Shown: positions 1 to 10,778 of the stretch, piece by piece
How positions within the stretch are numbered: the first letter of the stretch is position 1
Layout: each line of letters begins with the position of its first letter
NCBI GenBank assembly: GCA_964016885.1
Contig: OZ024741.1
Coordinates: forward strand, 230,888,001 to 230,952,000
DNA from: Eledone cirrhosa
Taxonomy: Eukaryota
Length of the DNA stretch: 64,000 nt
Direction: 5' to 3'
Made by a program: the position numbers and the translations under genes
Notes under the pieces: model-generated
The model's input: the letters and a program-made list of their open reading frames with translations, nothing else
Told to the model about the DNA's origin: nothing
The model's database searches: none

Positions 1-164
1 CATAAAGCTCGTAGGGAAGACCATTCAAACCTGGCGATTTACCCTTCGTGCAGTCAGACATCGTTCCGTATTTCAGCGGCGGTTATCGTCTTTTCGCAGG
101 ACTGCGCTGCGGTCGTCGACAGCTGCGACAGTCCGTCGAGGTATGCACTGAAGTTCATACTCCG
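1..164 (-). mobile_element. 5'-truncated Tx1/L1-clade LINE fragment (ORF2 linker region, family C-like), continues off the window
   Basis: Translates to MNFSAYLDGLSQLS..CEKTITAAEI..KSPGLNGLPYELY, homologous to ORF2 at 42440-42600; begins next to an AAT-rich run at 165-190. Confidence 0.85.
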
Positions 165-190
165 AATAAGAATAATAACAATTTTAATAA

Positions 191-2656
191 TGCTTTCTTT
201 ATTAACCACTCGGGTTGACATGAAGTATACCATTAAGGAGAGCACAGGTCGGTACAGGGCGAGACAAATGGGCATTTCTGCGTATAGAGAAAAAAACAGT
301 AACAATGGAAATGACAAAAAAAGAAACAAAGAAAAATTCCCCAATAAGCGGGGATACTTCCGAAGGACACTCGTGGAGAAGGCCCATTAAAAAAGCCACG
401 GTGACCTTTGCCACAATTGCATTTGCCCTCTCCCAGTTCTCCACTTCCAATCTACAGGCACATACTCAGACCACACCCATTCACCCGGGCCATGCTTGCC
501 TCTCATACCAGTCTTTCAACAAATTGCTGGGAACAGAGCATTTCCCTCTCAAACCAGATTTTCCTTTTCAAAGGAAATGTGAAAATGCTAATCTGGGCAT
601 CACCGAAGAGGTAAGTGCTCGTCTTCAGCCATTTCAAACGTGTCCACCACACCACCTCTTTCGCCCTGGCCACTAGGCAGATACAAATTGCCTGCCCTTC
701 TTGACTAAAAGAAGGTGGCTGGATAATGTTGGAAGAACATCCCAGGCCACGTACATTTAAACTGCCTATTCTAAGTAAGCCCATGTCGGACTGCATGAAG
801 TCTGGGATGGGGTTTGAGCAGCAGGGCTGTTGGAGGTGGTAGTGATACCGCTCCTGCGTCTTGTCACCGGTACAGCTACTGCGACTGTTGATGTTGCCGC
901 CACTGCTGCCGCTGTTTTATTTGGTCGTGGGCTTGGTATGAGTGCCACGGCCGTTGCCCTCCTACTCAGCGCAGAAGGACCTGACACCTCTGCTGCCTGC
1001 CCTGTTCCTGGTAGCAGCGGACCAGGCTACGGAAGTAGGGAGGTCTTGTTCTTTGTGTTATTGTTGGTGTTGTTTGTGTTAGAACCTTCTGCATGTTTTA
1101 AGTCTGAAACAATATCATTAATAATGATAATATTTTTCTCAATGGACTCAGGTGATAAACGAATGTGTCCTACACATGACAGCAGGTGTTCGACATAAAC
1201 CCACAAGTCAGCAATGCTGGGACACTGGATGATTGCTTGCAGGACGGTTTTGTGGCCCTTCCTGCGTGCATCTCGCAGAGGCTCGTCTGACAGCACTTCA
1301 TGTCTGTAGATTTTATCTCGAACTAGCAAGACTTCTCGGTTTACTGCCATGCCAGGGATTTCTGGAAATTATCCATGGACCTGGAGCGAAAGTCCTTTCG
1401 AAAGAGTGGTTAATTGATTTTTGTCAGTGTTTAGACTTACCCTAAGAATGTAGTCTCTTGTATCTGCCACTAACTCTCTATAGAACGCCAAGTTGGTGTT
1501 TCCACCGATCATATTGTTCGATTGTTGAAGGGCTGTAAGTGTCAGTTTCTCCCTCGGTCTCCTCTTGACCCAGGACAGTAGCTCCGTTAAGGATAAGAGC
1601 TGAAGGTACGTGCATCTGGTGAACAGTGACGACACCTCTTCACTGTTAAGGAAGAGATAGAAATATCGTAGTCTCAGCGTATGTTTGCATATCATCAGGC
1701 ACGGTATTCCGAGTCCTCCAAGCGGGGTTGATGACAGCAGATGGATCGCCTCACCATCGGAACGAGTTCTTTCCACAAAAATAGGAAGAACAAAGGGCAC
1801 AGTACATTTAAACGTTGCTTGGGACAAGGCATGACGGTCAAGCGGTAGTAGATGACGGACGCGATGGATGTGTTCGCTACCTCTGCTCTACCTTTCAGGG
1901 ACAGCTTTCTCTCAGCCCATTTCTGGGTGAGATTGGCCAATCTGTTCGTCACCTCTTCCCAATTTCTGTATATCTGTAGGTCAGGACCAAACCAGATCGC
2001 AAGTAATTTATCCGGCCCACCCGTCCAGTATCCGAAGACACTGTTAGCCGACATGGACTTGTTCCTCTATGTGCTGAGGTGTAGGCCCATTGGATGTTCC
2101 TTGTTGAATCTTGCTCCTATTAGCGCTTCGTATTCCTTCAGAATAGTTCCGATCACCTTAATCTATTTCGTGTTCGATATTACGACTGTGACGTCATCGG
2201 CATAAGGCGACACAGATCTTCCATGTCCTAGTTCGCGCGGGATTCCCCTCATATCTCTAATCTCTGTAGTAGTGGCACTTGATTCAATATATTTAGGCAA
2301 GAACGAGAGCGGACAGCCCTAGCTGACCGAAAGCATGAACTTGAACGGTTCCGAAAGGTGACGGTTCAATGACCATAGAGCAAATGTCACTATAATGCAT
2401 AGTAGCTATCCATCCTCTGAAAACCGTCCCAAAGCTCTCTGTATAGATGAACGCCGCCAAATATCGATGGTCAACCCTATCTAACGCTTTTGATTGATCC
2501 AAGTTTGGCAGTGCCTCGCCAGTGTCTTGTTCGCTAAACACCTTTTGTGCCTCCCCTTCCTGACAACCAATGACAAGCGTCAACCTGGCTGCTAACACTT
2601 TCGTCATAATTATGTACTCTGAATTTAGCAGAGTTACGGACCTAAAATAATCCATC
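191..2656 (-). mobile_element. 5'-truncated, decayed Tx1-clade LINE (family A-like 3' end) carrying an internal ~400 bp insert
   Basis: RT motifs NLDQSKALDRVDH and YADD (2192-2203); C-terminal VVWWTRLK; 3' UTR and end (GTGGTTAATAAAGAAAGCATTATT) match 20695-20720. Confidence 0.9.
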
Positions 2657-2751
2657 ATTATATAATAAAGAGAGGAGTGCGGGACTGAGTCCTGATATAT
2701 TTTTTTATCCCGTTAGTAAGTAGAAACACTTATTTACTTTGAGTAAATAAG

Positions 2752-2938
2752 TGTTTCTACTTTTTGGCACAAGGCCAGCAATTAACCAGTGCATTACTGG
2801 TACTTTATTTTATCGACCCCGTAAGGATGAAAGGCAAAGTAAACCTCGGCGGGATTTGAACTCAGAATGGCAAAGGCCGTAACTCTATGCGTCAAAGCAT
2901 GGCGTGCGACCCTCTACCGATACTGCCAATCCACCGCC
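2752..2938 (-). mobile_element. tRNA-derived SINE with Nin/Deu-like core; an extra 3'-tail fragment follows at 2957-3014
   Basis: Pol III A-box-like TGGCAGTATCGG, B-box GAGTTCAAATCC, core CTTTGCCTTTCATCCTTACGGGGTCGATAAAATAAAGTACCAG, tail GTGCCAAAA(A)GTAGAAAC; multiple copies in window. Confidence 0.88.
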
Positions 2939-3505
2939 ATTAGTAAATGAGTAAATAATTGTTTCCACTTTTGGTACAAGGCCAGTAATTATCCCAGTGT
3001 ATTACTGGTACTTTGAGTAAATAATGAATGCACATTACATAATTTAAGTACTAAATTTCGTAGCTGTTGATTAAACATAAATATTCATATATATAATGGT
3101 GGCTTATTTTAAGATTGATTTCTTTTAAAATTTTAAAATGTCAGTACATCCGGTTATGATATAATGGACGCTGTATCATACCGCTTATATAAACGTTCAT
3201 ATATTTGCATCGTTATGTCATCCAGTTTATATTTCCGTCGCTAAATTTCTCCTTTTTCGTTTTCTTTACATTTCACCGTAATGCAGTTTATATATAATAT
3301 CGTCTTTTTAAAATGTATCATGGATTACTTTACGGATTTCAGAAGACAATGTAACACAATCTCTCTTCAGTTTCTGTGCATATTGTCAATTACGATTTTA
3401 TTCGACGTATCATATCTACATGCATGTATATTTTCCTATAACATCAATATACACACTATAGAAAACCACACGAAGGGTGATTTTTCTACTAGTTTTAATG
3501 ATAAT

Positions 3506-3685
3506 AATTGTTTCTACTTTTGGCAAAAGGCCAGCAATTATCCAGTACATTACTGATACTTTATTTTATCGACCCCGTAAGGATGAAAGGCAAAGTTAAC
3601 CTCGGCGGGATTTGAACTCAGAATGATAAAGGCCGTAACTCTATGCGTCTAAGCATGGCGTCCGACCTTCTACCGATACTGCCAA
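3506..3685 (-). mobile_element. Same SINE family, near full length
   Basis: Colinear with 2752-2938; 3' end abuts ATAATAAT. Confidence 0.88.
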
Positions 3686-3694
3686 AATGATGAT

Positions 3695-6660
3695 GATTCC
3701 TTTATTAGCAACATAGGGCTCATATTAAGGAAGCATTAAATATGATACACGACGATACAATGTGCGATTTTATTTGGGTAAAATATAATTTATAAATGAG
3801 AGAAAGAAAATAAACATTTAAAACAAACATAACAAATTCCACAAAAGTGAGAAGACTCTACGAGTCTCTTGTGTAGAAATCCCACTAAAACCACGGTCAT
3901 CCTGCCCGCTAGGGCAAAATGACATCTCCCAGTTGTTCTACTGCAATCAACAGGCGTATGCTGAAGGGCGGCCCATTCACACAGGCCGTGCTCATCACTC
4001 TCGTCCACCTTTCAACAAACTGGTTGGAAGGCAGCTCTTCCTTCTCCACCCTGATTTTCCTCTTCAAGTGAAATCTGAAAACGTTAATGAGCGCTTCACC
4101 AAAGCTTCTACCCATTTAAACGCGTCCACCACATGACCACTTTCGGTATGGCCACCAGGAAGATAAAAACTGCCTGTTCTGCCCCTAGAAAGGAGGGTGG
4201 TGGTGCAATCTTCACAATGGACTCAGCTGATGATCGGGTCCATCCTACACGTGACAGCATGTGCTCGACAAAAGCCCGTGGGTCAGCAATACTCGGACAG
4301 TCGACGAGTACATGCAGGATGGTTTCGTCACACAGCGCGCGCTTTAAAAATGCCAGACTGCCGGAACTTCCATGCCTGTATTTTTTATCCCGACCAGGAA
4401 AAGCTCCCTGGTAGCACTGCCAGGCAAATGTTTTCTGGAAATTATCCATGCGCTCTGGACCAAAAGCCCTCTGGAAGAGAGTGGATAGTTAATTTTAGTC
4501 ATCGTCCAGCGTCTCCTCAAGGATGATATAGATCTAACCCTCCACTAACCCTTTATAGAACGCTGAGGTGGATTTTCCACCAATGATACTGCCCGATTTT
4601 CTGAGGAATGTGATCGCTTGAAGACCTTTCATTCTCCAAACGCTCCCTCTTGGTCTTGCTTGACACAAGAGTGTAGTTCCATCAAGGAGATGAGCTGCGG
4701 AAAAACGTCTCTAGGGAACGGGGACCAAGCCTGACCACCATCTAGGAAAAGTTAGAGATGTAACCTCAGTGAATGTTTGCACAACATCAACCACAGCATA
4801 CCCAATCCTCAACGCAACGGGTGTTGACAGCAGATGGACCGACTACCAATGAAACCTGGCCCCTCCACAAAAAAGTGAAAGATTAGACGTTCCAGTGCAG
4901 TCAGACGTGGGCTAGGACAAAGCTCGACGGCCAGGTGGTAGTAGATGACGGACGCGGTGTAAGTGTTAGTCACCTCTGCCCGGCCTTTCGGGAATAGATC
5001 ACACTCGGTCCATTTCTGGGTGTGAGAAGCCACGTTGAACGTTACCTCGTCCAGGATTTTGTCCACGTGGAGGTCCAGTTAAAGCCAGACCTCGAGTAAT
5101 TTAACTAGTCCAGCGACCGACGACGCTGTTGGATGGAATGGACATGCCTCTCCAGGTGTGGAGCTGCAAGCCCACCTTTCGTAGTTGTTACTTGCCCCTG
5201 TTACCACTTCGTAATCCTTGAGAGTGCTACTGATCATCTCAATGTGTTTATTGTATGACACCACTAGCGATCCAGCTCCTGAAAACTGCTGATTTGAGGC
5301 AGGCCACAAAGTAGAATGGTCAATCATATCGAAGGGCTTTGATTGATCTAAATTGATCTAAGCCACACCCATGCAAGATTAGTTAGCCACACTCTTTATG
5401 ATGTATCGCAGGAGGTTGAGGTTGTTGTGGATGGACCTGTCCGGAATAGCATATATTTGCCGCTCCCCTACCAGATCATCGACAACAAACGCCAACCTCC
5501 GTGCTAATACATTGGCCAATATTTTAATCTGTATTCACAAGCATTGTGGGCCTGAAATTATCTAGTTGGTCCCCTTCGTTCTGCTCCTTTCTCAATCTTG
5601 TTACCGCCCATCGACTCACATAACTTGGTATTCTCCCGTTCTGCTGCCAGTTGACGTATACATCAGCAAAGATGTCGCCGAACAAGTCTGACATCTTTAT
5701 ATGTAAAGCCAGGTGATTTGCTGCTCGTGCAGTTTGGCATTGCATCCCATATTTCGTCGGCTGTTATCGTTTTTTTGCAACCTTTCACATCCCTAGCCGA
5801 CAGCCGTGGTAGGCCATCGAGGTAGGCTCTGAAATACATCCTTCGATCCAACCTGCCACTGCCCTCGAACATTGATTGAAGTGTTGCTCAAAGGGATCAA
5901 ACATCTGCTTAGAATCAAGCTCCGTGCGCCCATGCTGGTGAACCAAAATCGTATTGTAGCTTAGTTGCCACACCACGCCTCCCCCATTCGTGCCCATTGA
6001 ACGGCTCTCATCTCTTCATGTTTAAGATCACGTGCTTTTGCCCTAACAATGCAGCCTTTGCGCTTCGCATTGAAGAATTGTTTCTGGGCCAATCTTGCCG
6101 AATGGTCTTTGACTGTGATGCCTTTAATAAATGCCTTTTTTAGGTTTCCAACTAGATCTCCCTCTACCTTCTCTTTCATATCAGCCTTACTAAACCTCAT
6201 CGATTCTGCACTAATAGCCCTTTTCTAGAATGAACTACAATTTGTTGTTGACGATTGCTTCCATCAACGCTCGCCTAACTAATATAGTAAATGAGTCTTT
6301 GTAGTCTTTGCTCGCCGGGAATTACGCGTTTAGCTTGCAGTAATCAGCTCCCTGTTTATGAAGCCTACCTAGATTGACCACACAGATTGACTACACATTT
6401 GTGGTCTGTGTAATCGATTACTTTGAATTGTGGACAAATTATACTAGACATATCTATTTCCTTACAGAATAACCGAAACAGCACTGCAACTCCGCCTCCA
6501 GATCCGGCACGGCATGGAGATGCGTACACATCGGAGCTGCCGAAGATAGGTGCACAAATTCGTGCGTTGGAAGTTCTGGTCGCGCTGATGGCCACCACAT
6601 ATATATTTAGTGACCTGAAATCATTGAGCAGGGGACCCTACTTCCTAGATGATCCCCAAC
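3695..6660 (-). mobile_element. Older, heavily decayed Tx1-clade LINE (most of ORF2 plus 3' UTR)
   Basis: Fragments VAISATR (APE), DNFRPTMLVNTD, KGRAEV, WQCYQGAF, FHLKRKIRVE; 3' end CCCTATGTTGCTAATAAAGGAATCATCATCAT. Confidence 0.85.
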
Positions 6661-6982
6661 TGATGTCAATCAGTAAATTACACAGACAATCACACAGCGA
6701 ACACAAACAACTGTCCCAACCTATTCATCTAACGAAGCAACCACTGAAACAACTGTTTAAATATTCACTAATCTACCCACCTAACCAGACACCAAACCTA
6801 CAAGGAAACTATCCACCAAATCACCCAATAAAGTAGTTATTAAACTACCCATCAAATCACACATCTAACAACATCGTTAACCATGAAACCATGCTAACCA
6901 CCAAACCGCTAAAAAAATAACACCACACCAAATCACCAACAAAAGCTCACGATGTATACTTTTGTTTTCCTTTTTCTTTTAG

Positions 6983-7243
6983 TAAACATTGCCAAAGGTA
7001 GACCTACGACTCAAACCTCTACCTTTAGTAACAGCTCATTACTAATGTTTAACTCTACCGCTGAATGTAAGCCAAGCTTTACAGAAATGACATCTGACCG
7101 GGCAGTAGATGGGAATTTGGATCCCGAACCGAGACATGAGTCATGCGCGACTACAAATGAAGGAGTAAAGAATATCTGGCAAGTTAAACTTGACAAAAAA
7201 TACAACATATCTCAATTAAAGATTTACCAGAGAAACACAGAAA
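6983..7243 (+). CDS. Host-gene exon: N-terminal half of an F-type lectin (fucolectin/FA58C-like) galactose-binding domain
   Basis: Polypyrimidine tract plus AG at 6981-6982; open frame NIAKGRPTTQTST..SDRAVDGN..SCATT..WQVKLDKKYNISQLKIYQR; donor GTAAGT at 7244; phase 1/1. Confidence 0.85.
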
Positions 7244-7556
7244 GTAAGTTCTGGTATAATTTCTACATTGTTCTTCATTTATAATGAAAAACATTTAAGC
7301 CATGATCATCCAGCTTTTATTCAGCGGCATATACAATTTTCTTTTTAAGATGCTACGGTATGTCGTGTAGAATAACTGTTTCCTTTTAGAATACATACAT
7401 TCATATATACATTACTATTTCAGAGAACCTCACAAATTTATTTTAATAAATATATACGTGAAATATCGAGATAATTTCTAGATATTTCATCTGGAAAGTT
7501 GTTGCCAGATAGATTTAGATATTGACAGGTCTCTTTTGTCATTCTTCTATTATCAG

Positions 7557-7754
7557 AGTGGTGGAATCAATATTTTAGTGTTTCGGTTAACTCAGGTCCT
7601 AATGATACGCTAGTAGAACAGTATCAAAGTTCAGAGAATGAATACACATATGGACTCCTCAAAATTATATTTAACAAACCAGCCCTAGGTGATACTGTCG
7701 CCATCATTAATCACTTCGATTTCAAGCTTGCTTTGTGTGAAGTAGAGGTTATAG
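7557..7754 (+). CDS. Host-gene exon: C-terminal half of the same F-type lectin-like domain (absent from the ORF track)
   Basis: TCTTCTATTATCAG acceptor; phase-compatible open frame KWWNQYFSVSV..KPALGDTVAII..LALCEVEVIG (typical L-x-LCEVEV-x-G domain end); donor GTGAGT at 7755. Confidence 0.85.
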
Positions 7755-8414
7755 GTGAGTAAAACTCTATTAAATTCACCCGTTTAATCAACTAATCTGT
7801 CGAATATTGTTTTATTTTAAGAGGATTTAATCATTGGACATCAGTGACTAATAGGGAACACCAACATACAATACCAGTGTATATTTATATATGCTACTTA
7901 TTTTATAGATGTATATTAATGCATCGTAAAACTGGAGGGAGGGTAACTGAGAGGTAGGTTTCAGTGAGTGGGAAGGAAATTCCTTTACCCGGGCGACGAC
8001 CGATGTCGTATCTGTTTTTGTATCTAGACATCGGGCGGCATTTTTCTTGATTATTTATGCGTTTTATGCTTCACCACCAGGGTGTAATTTTGTTCATGAT
8101 AACAACTCTAGTATGATTATCAACCAAGAATAGCGATCTCGTCCTGCCCACGAAAATAGATGGTGCAGAGACAAAAAAACAATTAGTCGCTGAGGAGGTT
8201 ACAGAAAGTGAGGAAAGAGCTTTGACAATAAACAAACAAACAACCGTTTAATAAACCAACAAACCGGAAAATTTGTAATGAATTGAATGGAAATAAACAG
8301 GTACGTGTGTATGTATTTGCAGCATGACTCTTCAAAATTATAACAATAGCTGTTTCAACACACGTTTTCAGATAAGAAATCTTACAAAATAATACAAAAA
8401 TGAAATATATATAC

Positions 8415-8570
8415 ATATATCACACAAACACTCGCACACGCGCACACACACGTATACATGTATGCGTGTGTGCGTATTTTTGTTCGTGTGGTTGTATGTG
8501 TGTGTGTGTAAATGTGTGTATGTGTGTGTGTGTGTGTGTGCTGTATCTATGTGCCTGTGCATGTTGGTGC
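8415..8570. repeat. Imperfect (CA)n/(TG)n microsatellite
   Basis: Directly visible dinucleotide runs. Confidence 0.9.
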
Positions 8571-8816
8571 ACATGTGGGTTTTTAATTGTTATTTAGTAA
8601 ACTTTTCGCGTGTGTTTAGGCATTCGCATTCCCTTTGAAAGACAGTAGATTGTACAACGGTTTAAAGTCTGCAGAACGTTAATCTTGTTTGTGTCTATCT
8701 GAGAGACTTCTTCTCACGTAAAAGCCCTCAGTAATCATGGACTTTGACATGAGTTGAGCTTTTATCGTGCCCGAAAGCTATCCTTTCTAGCCTTGCAAAG
8801 GTTCCTTCTGAGGATC

Positions 8817-8819
<3 letters not shown>

Positions 8820-8869
<50 letters not shown>

Positions 8870-8888
8870 ATGTGTATTTGTATGTGTG
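8820..8888. repeat. (TA)n(TG)n compound microsatellite
   Basis: Directly visible. Confidence 0.95.
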
Positions 8889-9064
8889 AGAAGAACCACA
8901 AACCCTCCATCTCAATTCTACTTTTGAAAAGCACAAGAATTGCGAAACTGGTAAAGTAACCAAATAAATATATTTAAAAAAAAAGACTCCAGTTGCATTT
9001 TAGATTTCATCTTTTTTTTTTGTTATACTTTCACTCGGTATTTTTCATTTTGTAAAAAAACTTC

Positions 9065-9067
<3 letters not shown>

Positions 9068-9100
<33 letters not shown>
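9068..9100. repeat. (TA)n microsatellite
   Basis: Directly visible. Confidence 0.95.
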
Positions 9101-9102
<2 letters not shown>

Positions 9103-9531
9103 TGAATTAAATATATCCGTACACACATAAGTGAACATTAAAATGCATGAAAACTTAAATCTAGAGACCATCTGTACTAAATGTAAGATTACATAATTCG
9201 TTGTGTATCCTATTATATTTAATAGAAATATTAAAACAAAATACATGATAACGATAAATATATTTCCCTCATATGTAGTCTCCACAAAATCATATTACAT
9301 TTCACCAAATAACGGCGAAATTAGATATTTTGAAACGGATCATCAGTGAGGGAATTCCAAATCCATCTAATCTCTCCAATGCAAGGTTGAACGTGACTAA
9401 ACGCACATGGTATCAATGTATCAATTTAGCCGACGCGACGACATGAAAGGGTCACGTCTACTAGAAATAGCTGTCCAACATCGCGACATATTAATCAGCT
9501 CAACAAATAAGAAGCAAAAATATTATTATTA

Positions 9532-10777
9532 CATTCTCACACAGACATGGGCCGAGAGGAGGCTGTCCCTGAAAGATCGCGCAGAGGTGGCGAATGCATT
9601 CATCGCATACGTCATCTGCTACCGCCTAAAATGTGTGCCTAGCCCCGACCAAACTCTGACAAAAATGGAGCGACTCCTCTTCCATTTTTATGGAAGGGAC
9701 ATGCTCCCATGGTCAGGCGATCCATCTGCTGTCAACACCCGTTGTGTGGAGGACTGGGCATGCCGTGACTGATGACAAGCTGAGGCTGCGACATCTCTTG
9801 TGCTTCTTGACGGTGAACAGATGTGGTCGCCGTTTGCCATACGTGTTTTTCCCCAGCTCGTCTCATTAACGGAGCTGCAGTCCTGGATCAGGAAAAGACG
9901 GAGGGATAGCGCTTTGAAGCTGGCATGTCTCCAAGCGCTCACCAACTGGGCACCAGTATCGGTGGAACATCTACCTGGGTGTTCTATAGAGGGCTAGTAG
10001 AGGTGAAGTGCGAGGACGTTCTCGGGAAAACCTTGGCGTCGAAGACGATCAGCTGTTCGCTCTCTTCAAGAAAACGTTCAGCCCGAGGCCTGTGGATAAC
10101 TTACAGAAATCCCTGGTATGGCAGTGCTACCGGGGAGCGTTTCCAGTTCGGGATAACTCTACAGGCACGAAAGTGCCGTCAGCCGAACTTGTCCTAGATT
10201 CGCACAGAGCGACGAAACCGTTGTAAACGTACTTGTTCAGTGTCCGAGCAATGCTGACTTGTGGAGCTATGTCGAATATTTGCTATGACGGGTAGGACAG
10301 TATGGTGACAAAGTTGAAAGGATTGAAGACGGACACCTTCATCTTCGGCGAATCCCTGATTAACTTTTTCAAATTCCAATAGAAGAGGAAAACCAGGGTG
10401 GAGAGGCAAGTGTTGCCTTCTTGTAAGTTTGTTGAAAGGTGGGTGAAAGTGGTTAGTCTGGTCCGAGTGAACGGGCCCGCTCTGAGTATGCGCCTGTAGA
10501 CTGAGGAGTGGAAACCTCAGAGAGGGCGCTTGCCCTGGTGGTCAGGGTGGCTGTGGTCTTTCGTGTGGTTTTCGCTACACGTGACTCTTGGAAGTTTTCC
10601 CCCTATTGCGGAATTTTTGATATTTTTGATAATTTTTTTTATATTTCTATATTCTTCTTATAACCATTTTTACATGGCAAAAACGCACTATATATCGTCC
10701 TGTACCGTACTGTGCTGTCTGTAATGTTTTTTCTTCATATTAGCCCTTGTGGCCAATAAAGAAACCATTATTATTAT
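9532..10777 (+). mobile_element. 5'-truncated Tx1-clade LINE (family C 3' end)
   Basis: Starts after TATTATTATT; TQTWAERRLSLKDRAEVAN, SLVWQCYRGAF; 3' UTR matches 44482-44800; ends GCCCTTGTGGCCAATAAAGAAACC(ATT)n. Confidence 0.9.
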
Positions 10778-10778
10778 T

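Noticed and set aside
6660-6950. A/C-rich stretch as a satellite or coding extension
   Set aside because: No stable period or recognisable protein; low-complexity intronic sequence
8000-8035. Inverted repeat CCGATGTC..GACATCGG as MITE or hairpin RNA
   Set aside because: Only 8 bp, single copy, no TSD
8183-9285. Short ORFs in the AT-rich intron
   Set aside because: Derived from dinucleotide repeats; no domain similarity or consistent splice sites recognised
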